From Eledone cirrhosa (taxonomy: Eukaryota): DNA of 64,000 nt. The stretch is taken from the NCBI GenBank assembly GCA_964016885.1, contig OZ024742.1, positions 131,688,001-131,752,000 of the forward strand. The letters are read 5' to 3'. Position 1 is the stretch's first letter. Each line of letters begins with the position of its first letter. Both the position numbers and the translations under genes were made by a program. Of this stretch, positions 28,338 through 43,465 are shown piece after piece. Below the pieces are notes generated by a model, which saw only the letters and a list, made by a program, of their open reading frames with translations, was not told the DNA's origin and did not search any database.

Positions 28338-28630
28338 ATAATTATTTCTACTTCTGGCACAAGGCCATTACTGGTACTTTATTTTATCGACCCCGTAAGG
28401 ATGAAAGGAAATGTTAACCTCGGCGGGATTTGAACTCAGACCGCAAAGGGACGTAACTATGCTGGAAAGCATGGCGTCCGACTCTCTATCAATACTGCCA
28501 ATCCACCGTTAATAATTGTTTCTACTTTAGGCACAAGGCCACCAATTATCCAGTGTATTACTGGTACTTTATTTTATCGACCTCGTAAGGATGAAAGGCA
28601 AAGTTAACATGCGCGGGACTTGAACTCAGG
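28338..28630 (-). mobile_element. Two tandem octopod-type SINE copies. Further copies: 29490-29600 (-), 36645-36780 (+), 44612-44780 (+); decayed at 38240-38335, 40460-40580 and 41310-41480
   Basis: CTGGTACTTTATTTTATCGACCCCGTAAGGATGAAAGG.AA.GTTAAC..GGGA.TTGAACTCAG. Confidence 0.85.
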
Positions 28631-29358
28631 TAAATAAATTAGTAGAACGAAAATGACAGAGGTTATTAAAATCATAAAAGTATTAAAAATTAAATATATG
28701 CATACACACATCTATATACGTACATACATATGCACACGCGAAAACACCCGCCATGCATGCATATACTTGCACGTACATATAAACACGCGCACACGTACAT
28801 AAACCCGCGAGACACATATACCCACACACATACGAACATATACACCAAATACACATAAACATATATATATGTGTGTGTATACATATAATTATATAAACGT
28901 ATATAAATATACACACATAAATATGTATATAACGCGCGCGCACACATACCTACAGGTAAATACACATATATTCACCAAACGTACGTATACCATAACTCAA
29001 AGTACACATATACCACCTTACAAACGTAAAAACACGCATACTCGCATACACACACAAACAAAAAATACACATAAACACCTAACCATATACACATATATCA
29101 GTATATATAATATAATATATACACCTATAACAAATACAAGCATATATACGTACGAGAAAGTAAACGTACCTCCACAAAACATACGCGTAAGTTATACTTA
29201 CCTATTCAAATAAGTAATGGTATAAACACAAAATATACATAGCTACTTCAGCAAGACGTAAATTATCCGCGTATAGTTCGTACTAGGGTTCTCATGTTTG
29301 AAATATATTTATCCTTATCGAGCCCTTTTTGGATTTTAGTCTTCACATTTATTATCAT

Positions 29359-29422
<64 letters not shown>

Positions 29423-29678
29423 ATAAAAAAGAAAGAACATTTCGCTCTTCATGGCTGAATACAATACTTGTAATCTGAGTTTTTCGAATATTAATCATTG
29501 TTTCTACTTTTTGTCACACGGCCAGAAATTATCCCAGTACATTACTGGTACTTTATTTTATCGACCCCGTAAGGATGAAAGGCAAAGTTAACCTCGGCAA
29601 TTATGCAAACAAGCCACTGTGTATTTTTGAAAATAGCATATATTTTCACTAGCTCTGACAGTTTGGCAGGTGAACAGT

Positions 29679-29728
29679 GAACTGTACTGATGAAGATTAA
29701 TACTCCTAAACATTAATGTCTGCAGTTC
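29679..29728 (+). ncRNA. Degenerate type-I hammerhead motif H7
   Basis: 8-bp stem I GAACUGUA/UGCAGUUC, CUGAUGA, damaged stem II, UAAA in place of GAAA, palindrome CAUUAAUG, UC. Confidence 0.6.
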
Positions 29729-29976
29729 TGTTCGAATGCCGACACAAGAGTAAGAATGAAGTGTTCATTCTACTGACATGGCTATAAAATTGAGGCTTCT
29801 TTGCATAATTGCAAACGAATCGAATGTTATTATTAATATTCGAAAAACTCAGATTACATTTATTGAGGAGCGAAATTTTCTTTTTTTATTCCTTGTACTA
29901 TTCTGTAACGAATGAGACGTGTTTGTTCTCCCTGTGTTTAACTCTCTTTCTCTCTCTGCAACTTTCTCTTTGTGCA

Positions 29977-30021
<45 letters not shown>

Positions 30022-30887
30022 ACACACACACACACACGCGCGCGCGCACACCCACACCCACGCACACATATATGTATATATATATATTTATTTATTAAAA
30101 TAACAGATTTAGAACCGCTGCTTTCACCCTTAAAAAATATGTGCTCTAGGGTCCTTATACATTTTATATATATTTGGGATTTTACTCTTCACATATATAC
30201 ACACACATATATATATATATATAAATATATATATATATATGGATGTGTGTATGTTGATGTGTGTGTGTGTATGTATTTATATACATTTAAATCATTCTTT
30301 TTGTGTTTTTAAAATGAATAATTTTTGTGGTTAAATAATTGTTGTTTTCGAATTTGCCTTTGTGTTTTTTTTTTATATTGCATGCGGTGTTGTTTTTTTG
30401 TTTTTCTTGGTTGTGCGTCGTATAGACAGTTCGTTAACTTAAATATTGACAGTGAAATAGTCAATTTAACTTCTGTATTACGACATGTAACGTTATACCG
30501 ATACCCGTATCACTGATTACACATAAAGCTTGACTCCGAAAGCAGCACAAATAAGAAACTAAGAAAACAATACAATAAATAAGCAAATGAACTCTACTAA
30601 ATTAAATAGTAAAAATATAAATAAGCATCACTCTTATTAATCACTAGGGTTTGGCAAACATAATGAAAAAAAAAACTCAACAAAACACATGGCAAATATA
30701 TAAAAAAATTGAGAAAATATGTAATTATATATTATCATCATCTTATTAAATTTACAAATTGACTTGGCAGACATAAAAATGTAGGAAGAAAAAAATAAAG
30801 TGAGGCAAATTTTAAAAAAGAACACATATATTCAATTCACATAAATATACACTATCTAAAATCACAACGCTTCTCGCTCTCTCTCTC

Positions 30888-30940
<53 letters not shown>

Positions 30941-31004
30941 ATATATATATATATGTATATATATATTCACACATATATATATATATGTATGTATATATAT
31001 ATAT

Positions 31005-31127
<123 letters not shown>

Positions 31128-31743
31128 AATATGTTTGTGTGTGCGTAAAAACGATTTTATAATCATGGCGATTTTCAATTATGACAATTTACATTTGTTA
31201 AGAAGCGACATTTAAAACTTCGTGTCAGTATAATGAAGTGAAAAAAAAGACAAAAAAAAAAACAAACAAAGAAAACTAATGCAAAAACTAAACAAAGGAC
31301 AAAACAAAACAAAAACGAATGAATCAAATCAGGAGAGAAAGAATGTAGAAAAGAAGGAAGGATGGAAGGAAGAAACGAAGAAATGGCAGAAGGAAGAAAG
31401 AAAGCGACTCAAATTATATCTTAAATTGAATTTGAATGGTGAGGTTTCTCTAAAGACGAATCGTCATTAGCAAAATCATTTCTATTCATACAAATAAATA
31501 ATATTAACCGTCTGTGACACTTTCGAATTAAATCCACTGTTTGTTTCAAAATAATTATTTGATTTATCGTTCTAGATGTTTCTTGTTTATACACCTCCGT
31601 TAGTCTCATTGTTATTCATCTTTATTTGTGTGTCACGTGGCACTCTATTAGCTATTAAAGAGCAATTAATCAGTTTTTATTTCCTGTTTATTGTCTAGCA
31701 TATTATTGGACAGAAGACATCATAATCACTTACATAGTTACCG

Positions 31744-31793
<50 letters not shown>

Positions 31794-32193
31794 TAGATAG
31801 ATATATAGATATTCACTTATATATATATACGTATATACACATATATATATACACATACGTACATACACATATGCACATATACACACATATTTATACGTAT
31901 ATATATATATATATATATTATATATTTATTTAATTATTTATATGCTTTATGGATAGGTACATGTGTGTGTATGATCAAATATACATATATATATATGTAC
32001 ACGCGCACACACAGGTACACAGATATATATATACACAGAGAGAGAGGAATATATGTACACATGTATAAGTATAAGTATTTTTGTAAGTGTGGCAAATTAC
32101 CACATTTCGGTACATCTCTAGTATGTGTACATTTTGGAACACATTGGTATGTAAAAAGTAGAAGTATACAGTCAAGTAAATATAATTATATTA

Positions 32194-32274
<81 letters not shown>

Positions 32275-32319
32275 CATACAGACATATAAATATGTGTATA
32301 TATATATATACATATATAT

Positions 32320-32414
<95 letters not shown>

Positions 32415-33315
32415 GAGATGGAGGGGGAGATGGAAACAGAGAGAGTGTTCTGAACAGACTAACGATTTGCTTGAACTAGCTCTTGGGTGTAAGTTAAACA
32501 CAATCAATGTTTATAATATGTTGATATCTGATAATAAACAAAATAGAAATAAAAAGAAGACGAAGATTTGAAAATATGAAACTGTTATTAGTTATTAAAT
32601 TATTGTCAAATTTACAACATTCCAGACATTGCAATTTCTTACTAATATTTTATGGTTTCTCTTTCGTATAAGAGAATATCGCAAATTTACAAATGTTAAA
32701 ATATTAGTGATATCATTTCATTTATGCCACCCGGTAACGCAACAGTCGCAATGACTTGCCTATGTATGTATTGTCTGTCTCTCTGTATGTCTGTATGTAT
32801 GTATGTCTGTTTGTCTGTATGTATCTCTGTCTGTCTGTATGTCTGTCTGTCTGTCAGTCTGCCTGTCTGTATTAATGTATGTATGTTTAAGTCATGTCGC
32901 TATGGAGTGCTAGTGGTAACATGTAACCCAGTAAAACCTGTATCATGTTCGGGTCGCCGTCGACTAAATCGGCAACCACACCAAGCTCGCTTGGTGAGGA
33001 GGGTAATATTTGGGGTGAGGAGGGTGATATTTGGGCACCCTGCGGGATGAAATACAAGACCCGGCGAACGGCGGAGGAACTCGGCAGATTCAACGACCAT
33101 CCAAATAGTACTTTTTTTTTTACTTGGGTGTAAAAGGTCCCAAGTTGTTGTCACAACACCTTTCTAAGAGAGGGAAACACTGAAAAAAAAAAAAAAACCT
33201 GCGGCTTCGGGAGCATCCGAGATGTTGACCAGTTCTCTTTTTCGGGTAGTGTTTTCGATGCTCAGAGAGTGGGATTGGTCGAGTGCAAGGCCTTTCCCCA
33301 TTTACAACAACCTGC

Positions 33316-33743
33316 ACCCCCCCCCCCCCCCCCCCACCCCACCACCAACACCATTACCACCAGCAACACCACCACCACCACCATCAACAACAACATTACC
33401 ACCAGCAACACCACCACCAACAACACCGCCACCACCACCACAACCAACAACAACACCGACATCACCACCAACAAAAACAACATCACAACCACCGCCAACA
33501 ACGGCAACATTACCACCACCACCAACAACAACAACAACAGCAACACCGACTCAACCACCACCACCAGCAACACAACCACCGCCAACAACACCAACACCAA
33601 CACCACCACCATCAACACAACCACTCCCACCAGCAACACAACCACCGCCAACAACGCCAACATCACCACCACCACCAACACTACCGACATAACCACCACC
33701 ACCACCACAACCACCACCACCAACACCACCACCACCACCACCA
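33316..33743. repeat. Compound (CCA)/(CAA) trinucleotide microsatellite; similar at 44790-45255, with GAT/GGT-type tracts at 41810-42020 and 48800-49000
   Basis: Seen directly; gives poly-P/T/H/Q ORFs in all frames. Confidence 0.95.
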
Positions 33744-33744
33744 T

Positions 33745-33853
33745 AAAATAAAGTGTCTTGCTCAAGGAAACAACACATCTCCCGGTCCGAGAATTGAACT
33801 CACAACCTTTCGATTGCAAGCCCAATGCTCTAACCACTAAGCCATGCGCCTTC
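33745..33853 (-). mobile_element. tRNA-headed SINE 5' part (second family, CORE/Meta-like central motif)
   Basis: A box TGGCTTAGTGG, B box GAGTTCAATTC, then GTTTCCTTGAGCAAGACACTTTATTT. Confidence 0.8.
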
Positions 33854-34214
33854 ACTTCTTTCTTTAGTCCGTTATACAGAACCATCTCGCTACCCACTCA
33901 TCCTATCTCGCCGGCACATATGCCGCACAGCGTCCCAAAATAGCACATATAAAAGATCACAGCACAGAATTCTATCACATACTTCGATCACAAGCTCCGA
34001 AAATATATCTCTTCTTATCTGATACACACAACCATACGCACGGATACAGACAGTCATACAAGCTTATGCATCCAGACGCATAAGCATTCCCACATTCACA
34101 CACAAATAACCTCATAAATTCACCCAAACACCCATAAACAAACCTACAGTTCAATCATACATAAACATACTCACAAGCATAGCCCTAGGGCTACCTCCCT
34201 ACTCCCCACCATAG

Positions 34215-34520
34215 ACAATGAGCTGGCCAGCCGCAGGTGTGATTCTCGCGAGATGGAATGACTCTTCCAGCGTATCTCCATTACCATCCTTCGGGAAAAC
34301 GCCTTCTCCATTCTGTCCGCCGGGGTTGTGGGGAGGCCAGCACGTGGGACCCCATTTGCTCACCATACAGAGAGATGGGAAGCACGAGAGAGATGGGGGC
34401 GATGACGGTGGGAGTTCGGCTCTTCCGTGTTCACATTGCGTCTGTGTTGTGGATCATGTGATCATTTCATTTTTGCATGTTTAATTTTTACACCAGCAAG
34501 ATATATTCACCATTATATCA
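34215..34520 (+). mobile_element. 3' end of a CRE-like RLE retrotransposon
   Basis: Hand translation DSREME*LFQRISITILRENAFSILSAG matches the CRE-type C-terminus and the 26.1 kb remnant. Confidence 0.65.
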
Positions 34521-34664
34521 CACATTGAAAGCATACGTATTCCAAATATTTATTTCTTCACTATGATTGCACGTTATTTCCCTTTGTAATTAGCCACGTA
34601 AAAGTTTCGTTTAGCAAACGTTTCCTTCTAAAGGTATTTTTAAACTTGTACTTGTGTCTAATAG

Positions 34665-34785
34665 TAAAGGCGTGTAACTGAGTGGTTAGAGAATTGGATT
34701 CACAATCTTGATGTTGTGTGTTGGATTCCTGGACCGGGCGATGCGTTATGTCCTTGAGCAAAACACTTTATTTCACGTTGCTCCT
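34665..34785 (+). mobile_element. tRNA-headed SINE 5' part, same family as 33745-33853
   Basis: GAGTGGTTAGAG..GGATTCCTGGACCGGG..GTCCTTGAGCAAAACACTTTATTTC. Confidence 0.75.
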
Positions 34786-35205
34786 TCTACCTGGAGTTGC
34801 GACCGATAGATAGTATTAGCAATTGGAAAGACCGACGGAAACATTGTTTCCTCGGTCCGATTTGACGAAAGTCGATCGTTCCTTTATATATATATACATA
34901 TATATACATATAAATGAACATGCACCTATAAATATATTTGTGTGTATATGTGTTTGTGAGTGTGTATGTGCTTGTTTTCGTGCGAAATGTAAATCCATAA
35001 AGAATGAAGGCCATCTACATTGTTATCTAGTGTCAAAAGAGATAACATCTCAAAATGACATCGTTAATTCTGATCATTTGTACATATTCTGACATTCCAT
35101 ATTAATGTAGAAATATCGCCACAGTTTGTCACATCTGTCAGGTGCCACTCAGTATATATATTTCTTATTTGAAGGATGTACACAAATAATCCCCACCTCA
35201 CGAGT

Positions 35206-35242
<37 letters not shown>

Positions 35243-35262
35243 ACACACATACGCACACAAAT

Positions 35263-35322
<60 letters not shown>

Positions 35323-35323
35323 A

Positions 35324-35387
<64 letters not shown>

Positions 35388-36885
35388 AATATATATTTAT
35401 ATACATAAATGTATGTGTACGCATGTTTATATGTATGCATACATATGTCTATCTATATTATATGCGTATACACCTACATACACATACATACACACATACA
35501 TACACATACACACACCCATAAATATATTCATATAACACTTGCGCACATTCGTGCATATATTAAAACATCTAAAATCCATTGAGTTTTTAAACTATAATCC
35601 TAACTAAAAATCTACACAAGTATAAAACAAGCTCTTTCTATTTCTTTAGTAGACGGAAAGACAAGTAATTACCTTTGCTCATGTCACAGATTATTCTCCG
35701 TCCATCAGAAAACAACTACCTCTTTTATCCACCATACAATGGAGGCTTAATTTATATCACACACATAATATAACATAACTGAAATGAGCACACGAATTTA
35801 TAGCATAATCTAAAATTATTTGGCAATGTAATTATTTAAAATTTCAATATTTACGAAGAACAGATATATAGTATATTAGAGAATATAATGTTCATATAAT
35901 GCAGATATCATTAGAGCTTGTAAATTCTAAGCCTTAATAACAAACGGGTTCAAACACACACTTGATTCATCCATTCATAACCACCCCACTCCACCCCATA
36001 AATTATTGCTTTTACGCGTTTCACATATTATCTGTTTAAGAAAATAATACTAACTCTGTGTTTCACCGTGTGGAGCTATCTTATAGCTATAACTATATAC
36101 GACAAACATAAATTATCATGTGTTTTCGCTCAGTAAGTATTTACTAAAATCTTTCATTCCCACTCAATATTGGCAAAATAGGTTTTAGAATTAAAGATTT
36201 GTTCTCATGCTACCAATGGAATTGATAATCGAAAAACGCAACACTAAAATAAATTACACCTCAACTCGCAGCATGAAAAACCTCATAACATGAAACTCGA
36301 GAAACTATACCGTGTAACCATATAACTGCTGAAATCAAATGCTGGGACACCTAAATATGCGGCGTATCGCACAAAAAGAAATATACCTAGGGAAATATCT
36401 CCAATGAACTAAATTCTAGTAAAGAAACCACAGCTATAACATAAGGTTCAAATATATATAAAATGAACAAGGACGTAGCACATCTAAGACTCATCTGGAA
36501 ACTAAGGGTGGGTTGTAGAGATATAAACATAAAGGGTGAGTAAATATATAGTGTCATCTACATAACAGTTATATCTCCCACAAATCCCATTTGAATTATT
36601 AGATACTGGAATGTCCATTATGTAATGAAGAGGGATTTAAACTCAGTATGGCCCTTGCCATTCTGAGTTCAAATCCCGCCGAGGTTAACTTCCCCTTTCA
36701 ACCTTACGGAATCGATAAAATAAAGTACCAGTAATGTACTGGGTATTTGCTGGCTTTGTGCCAAAAGCAGAAACAATTATGTAATGAAGAGGTAAAGTGA
36801 CATTAGTATTTGAAGGATTCGACATTTTTAACATGGCAGAAACCTTCTTTCTCCAGGTCTGAATAGGGCCGAGATATTTCAGAGA

Positions 36886-36974
<89 letters not shown>

Positions 36975-37151
36975 AGGGAGAATATATATATTGGATCATC
37001 AAGTATGAAATTTGTAGAAATGTGTCTTCTTTTTTACAGATTTCTACAAATTTCATAGTTTTAACGTACGGCTTTGTTTGACTCAACAAGATGCTTCCAT
37101 AGTTAGACAGCGAGTTCGCAGTAATTCCTACGCAGGTTATACTTGGAGTAA

Positions 37152-37771
37152 TAATAGTGAAAGAATCAAGAGTAACATGGTTGGCTGTACAATAAGGGGC
37201 TTTATAAGATAAGTTAGGGTACATTAAAAAAGTAAAAAAACGAGAAAATGGAAAATTTAAATAAATAAATAAGGATAAGTGAGAGCATGTAAGTACAGAG
37301 TGTATTCTTATAAGGATTCTTTGGTGGGTTTAGTGCTAACATGTTATCACTAAACCCAGCAAGGAATCCTTATAAGAACACACTCTGTACTTACATGCTC
37401 TCACTTATCCTTATTTATTTCTTTATATTTTCCATTTTCTCGTTTTTTTACTTTTTTAATGTACCCTATCTTATCCTTTACTTTTTACGTTTTCCATATG
37501 TAACTTCTCTACCTATTTACCATATATGTTTTATTATTGATGTTATTGTTTTGATTATACACTATTTTTCTATATATGTCTTGCCTCGAGTGAATTATTT
37601 TTATATCTACGTACTCTGAGGTGTTGACCAGAGGTAAATAATGTATTGGAGATCGAGTGACCCAACTTCAAGCGATTAGCGAACTCTAGACTCACCTGAT
37701 CAACGAAACAATTGTCAGTCCTTTAAATAAAGCCCCTTATGGTACAGCCAACCATGTTACTCTTCATTCTT

Positions 37772-37778
<7 letters not shown>
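37152..37778 (+). mobile_element. Penelope-like pLTR with an inverted 5' duplication (fold-back centred on ~37341)
   Basis: ~37205-37340 is the reverse complement of 37343-~37475, and 37152-37203 that of ~37728-37778. Contains hammerhead H8 and ends in (TA)n. Confidence 0.8.
37611..37721 (+). ncRNA. Type-I hammerhead motif H8 (CUGAGGU core variant, ~80-nt stem II)
   Basis: GUACU-CUGAGGU-GUUGACCAG..CUGAUCAAC-GAAA-CAAUUG-UC-AGUCC. Confidence 0.6.
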
Positions 37779-37808
<30 letters not shown>

Positions 37809-38090
37809 CGAAGGAAATGTGGTAAGAAACCAGGTGGACCATAACGCACCAAAGTACTCAATACTTAGGGTAGTAGAGTGGGTAATGGGAACAAGTAAGA
37901 CCCCGACGGCTGAGCTCAAGCGTTTCGACGGCTAATTCTGGACTGGAATTTACGTGACATATTTGCCATTGCAAATCTAACATGAACTGAGTAATGCCAA
38001 AAGATACAACCAACCCCATAAAATAATTCTAACTCTTGCAGAATTAGCCGTCAAAACGGCTTGAGCTCAGCCGTCGGGGTCTTACTTGTT

Positions 38091-38196
<106 letters not shown>

Positions 38197-39763
38197 AAGC
38201 AGAATAGAGGAATAGAAGAATCATCACATTAATTGAATGCTACTGTATTGACCTCCAAATTATGAAAGGTAACGTTGATCTCGACGGTATTTGAACACAG
38301 AAGGAACAAATACTTTAATCCGACCCTCTAACATGTCTGTCAATTAGCCGCCTTGTATAAGAAGATATAAAAAAAAGATATAAATAGAAAGATATTCTCT
38401 GAAGCTCGGTTTTGTAGTTTTATACAACTTAGTGATAACTTTCTACCATAACAATTTCCGTGTTCATTAAAGGGATATTTCTGAAATTCTACGTGACATA
38501 TTTGCCATTGCAAATCTAACATGAAGTGAGTAATGCCAAAAGATACAACCAACCCGATAAAATAATTCTAACTCTTGCACTATGCTTGAATTTTCACGAT
38601 TTGTTGGTTCAATACCTTGTATGGTAATTGAACAAATTGTTTCAATTATAGTAAAAGAACGACACCAAAAGGAAATATGGAAATAAGGGAAGAGACAGGA
38701 ATTAACTTAACTCACTATAATGAAATTTTGAACTAGTATGGACATAATTAGGAATGGACATTCTATCATCTTTAGAATATGACAGGCATAAAACTGAATT
38801 ATAAATGAAATAGCCACTTGTAATATGCAAACTGGAATGACTGCTACTTGAGCTGGCAACTACAATTAAGATCTGATTTGTTAAGGCGTTTTACATTTCC
38901 TCCTAAAATTTGGAATGAGTATAATATTAGAAATTAAATATTAACTATTTTAATTATTTGTGAAGCGTCGTTTTGGGATATTATATTTTTAGTGAAGCTT
39001 CTATTAAAACTAATGATTGAATGTGTTGACTCCAGACAATTCCGCTTTCGTTTCTAATTATATTTTGTCTATGTCTACATTATACAATAGGTATCTATAT
39101 TACTAATGTGGTAAAATAGGATTTGATGGACGTTTCGCTGCTATTTCTTGCAGACCGACTAACAGAATAATTGCTTTCTTCTTGGCTCATGTGTAGAGGC
39201 GTATGGGATTCCATAATAGGGCGTACATGTGAAGATGATGAGAAATAATTTCATGGTGACATTTTCCGACGGAATTTCTGACGTCTGTGAAATTATTATT
39301 CATTTCAACCGTAAATGAATGCAGCCACAATGTTGGTTCTTCATGAGAATATATCTCTAATGTGGGCCACCGACGTGGGTATTGATTTTCTTAGTTCGAC
39401 AACAGAGATACACTATTCCAAGGAAGGATAAATGTTGACTTATGATAATCACGAAAATCTCTAGGCTATCTCCACTGCGACATAAGTACTGTTCAGCAAA
39501 TTTGTAAATATTTCACAGTAGATGTACATTTGCTGTACTGTTACCTGCAGCGTTTATTCATCTAGATTATGATTTATAATGTTCACAGACATGCATACAC
39601 ATACAGTAGAAAACACAGACATAGACAAATATATACATAACTATATGAACAAGGACAGAGAAACACATGTATACATACATACACACATAAATACACATAT
39701 ATATCTCTATATATATTCACATGTATACACACATACATGCATATATATATATATATATATAGG

Positions 39764-39813
<50 letters not shown>

Positions 39814-39912
39814 TATCAATACAAGTATACGTACATACATGCATATATAAATACACATATTACTCTGTATATATCCACATGTATCTACACTTACATTCAT
39901 ATATATATATAA

Positions 39913-39965
<53 letters not shown>

Positions 39966-42900
39966 GTGTGTGTGCAAGTGTGTGCAAGTGTGTGTGCAAG
40001 TGTGTGGGTCTGTATGTGTGTGTTTAAAGGTAAATATATATAATTGAAACCTAAACAAGTTGCTTCACGAAGTTTCATGTATTCACTATAGATGTTGCCT
40101 TCTTGACTGCTAGTCTGGGGAAAATCTGGGGAAATTTATGAACAGAGGTTTCTAATTTTATACCCGTGCTATAAGCTTAGAAGGAGTAGTGTAAGTAAAA
40201 TTGGCGCAAAATCAGTCCATTTGATTATGAAGTACATATGGAACACATCGAGGCGCCTAGAAAATTATATTTTGTTTCAATAAAAGCATGTTAGAATAAA
40301 GCTATATTAATATGTATAGTATATTTGCAATTTCCAATATATGATATAAATAAATAATAAAATAATTTGTTACCTGAATTACTAAATGAAACTGTAAAAA
40401 ATTGCTTACGCCCCAAGTGGGTTTGAACGTTTTCGGTATTATACATTGTACGCGGTGAAATGGCAGAGTTGTTAGAAAACTTTTCTTTTTCATTCCGGAT
40501 CACTACAATGGGAGTTCAAATTCCGTCCTGATAAAGGTAAAAGTTGGTCCTTCAAGGTAGATAAATAAAAATCCATCCGGTATCGAGAAGTTGATTTTTC
40601 TTCTATACCTCTTTCTTACTTTCTCGCTATATTATCCCCTCTTTCTCTGGAAGAATTCCACCGCGTTCAAATCTGGAAAAGTATGGGATGTTTGAGCTTT
40701 AAAATGGCATTTACGCCCCAACAATCCACCAAAATTAAGGATCCATATATACAATGGGGGTTTTATAGCGCAACAGTATTAATCTTATCCAACAGTTGCA
40801 CTCACGCTTCCTAATTTATGAGCCCACAGTTATTTGCGGTGTCTTTATTTCCCTCTCCTTAGTAATTTCATAATAAGGTGCTCTTTACGCACTCTTAGCA
40901 AAGTCACTTACCTTCCCGTCGTGGACCGTTTCACGAGATGTTTCAGCTAAACTGTTGATATTAGCACGAAATGATTCAATGGCGCCTGATTTATCATGTT
41001 CACAAAATATTCCTGTTTATCTTCCTTCTTCTCCTATAAATGTTCTGCTAATTTTGCTAATCCAAAGTAGAAAACAAATTTTATTCTACTTTTCTATCAA
41101 AAATCCATTGTGATATCATCTTCCGTAACTGCATAAAATCCAGCTTCTGCTAAATTTCTTCATAAGATAAATTAAATATACCACGGAACATTAGTACTTA
41201 AGTTATGAAAATTTACAATGAAGTTGCTGTCGTCGCAAATACTTGTACCACACAGCATAACATATTTATTAAAACTTATAATTTCGTAGACACTGAGTGA
41301 AACATTATGGCGGAGAGGTGGAAGTCGAATAGTTCGACTCAAACCACGACTCTTATTTTCTCAATCCCGTATGGGTAAAAAAAAAGTTGATTGCAGGATG
41401 ATGAAAGGCAAAATTGAACGTAACCTGATGTCCAGAGCAGGTTAAAATAGCAAGGTGTTCAGTCGAACGCTTAATTCATTCTGCCAATACACCGTCCTTG
41501 TAGTCACAAACTAGAAAATACAATGCTTGATAAACTATGCATGAAATAGATAAAGGATGGCTTAGGCGAGAAAACATTTTGTCATAGTTTAGCTTCATTT
41601 GAACTGACTCTTAACTAAGTATCAAAAATATCAATAACTATATCTGATATGGAATTTTGGTGTTGGGCATAAAGGGAAGGTGTTATTGAATATCCATCTC
41701 CAACGTTGTTGTTAATGTGTTAACTGCAAAAGATGGTGGTAATTAAATTTCATGTGATCACACGAAAATGAATATGATTCTGTTGCGTCTGCTGTTCCTG
41801 ATAATTAAGTCGATGATGACGACGATTATAACGGTGGTTATAACGATAATGAGGATGGTCATGGTAAATGACATGACGATCATGATGATGACTATGAGGA
41901 TCATGGTAGAGATGTTGATGATGACAACGATGATATTGACGGTGGTGGTGATAGTGATTAAAGGGGTAGTGGCTATGGTGGTAGTGGCAACGGTGATAAT
42001 TGCGATTCTGTTGATGATTGAATCGTAAATAACAATTCTAGTTATGACAAATAGTCAAACTCAATAAATCAGAGCAATAAATATCAAGTAGTTATATTTG
42101 CAAGATATTTTAACGAGCTTATTTATTATCACTTGTTTGGTTATTATATTTATGATTTTTTAGCAGATCTGAAAGCCTTCGCCAAGATAAGTGTTTTGGT
42201 GTAGTTTTTATTTTTATTTTCTATTGTATTTAAACTGTTCTACATTATAATATGCAACACCTAGTACTGCTATTATCTGCATTTTATGTATAATTTGAAG
42301 TACTGCAGGTTTGATATTTCAGTTCTGAAAAGAGTAATTGTATGGCCTCTTGTTCAACGCAGTGCCGTATATAGGACTGCCAAATAATTAAAACTGAGGA
42401 CACGGTGAAAGGACAAGCAGAACTTGTTAGTCATATACGGTACCAGTAATCTTGGCAATGTAGACCGAATTTTCTGCATTATAACCCCTTGTTTACAGCT
42501 GCCCTTAAGTGATACTATTCTCTGACATAGGGAACTAGGAATTCTCACATTCTGCTTCAGGATATTAGCGAACAAGCCTTGCATATCTACGTAACAATGG
42601 TAGGTAAAACCACGAAAATCGATCGATCTGCACCTCATACAGCCATTCATGGCTGTCCGTATTTCAGCTGCTGTTGTCAAACTATAGTCCACCACTATTT
42701 CCATCCTCTCTCTTCGTCTTCCCTCTTTCCCCAAAAGGTTATGCAAACTGCCGCTGGAAAGCCGCGCACGTCTGCTTGGAACATAAGAGCACACACATAC
42801 ACAGATCCTAGTCTGACAAAAAGCGAATTGAGGCTTCGTTGCCATTGCACCTTGAAAAGCTTTCGTTCGCTGGTGTTTCTGAATAAGTGCCTTAGTTATT

Positions 42901-43291
42901 ATAATGTAACTTTCGTATTTCGCATTGAGAAAATGGCCCTGTGCCATTCTGGCTGCTAGCGGATCGGTTGCTTTGCTTCTAGTTTAGTTACTAACTCTCA
43001 CTCCGTTGTAGTTTATGTATCGCTACTTATTTATTAATTGATATTGATTCTATTGTAAATGTACTCTTGAAGCATACCACCCCTTTCTATATGATGTACG
43101 CTACGGGAACTACACGTTAGGTTTCCAGTATCCGGGTACATGTCTACGTGTTCTATCTAGCTCGACTATGTAAATAAATAAATGTGTTGTCTAAATAAGG
43201 AGCTGTTAGTAATTGTAGACACGCTGCTCTAGCCCAATCTGCTAAGCTAATGAAATAAAGAAAATAAAAACCTATGTAACATGATCTACAT

Positions 43292-43465
43292 CAGCTGTCA
43301 CCAACCTTTCGGACTTCACGGACCACTAAATTCATAATTTTAAATCCCGCGGACCACTAATATAAATTTTCTTAAAAAGATAAATACATCAACATTTTTC
43401 TGAGGACCACCAAAATTTTCTCTCGGACCACCAGTGGTCCGTGATCCACCGGTTGGTAATTACTG
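43292..43465. mobile_element. Non-autonomous hAT (Charlie/Buster-type) MITE, 174 bp
   Basis: Imperfect TIRs CAGCTGTCACCAACC / GGTTGGTAATTACTG, repeated subterminal GGACCAC, and an 8-bp TSD ATCTACAT/ATCTAGAT (NTCTAGAN type). Confidence 0.88.

Noticed and set aside
33770-33853. tRNA gene
   Set aside because: A/B boxes run into a SINE body with no acceptor stem; it is a SINE head.
40905-40990. Possible minus-strand exon (AIESFRANINSLAETSRETVHDGK, donor AAG|GTAAGT)
   Set aside because: Weak acceptor, no recognisable homology and no partner exons; needs RNA-seq.
41095-41160. LAEAGFY (-) resembling a BIR/IAP motif
   Set aside because: A stop follows within ~12 codons and there are no Cys/His ligands; chance or a decayed transposase.
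42354-42959. 197-aa (-) and 126-aa (+) ORFs
   Set aside because: No recognisable motif; probably part of an unidentified repeat.
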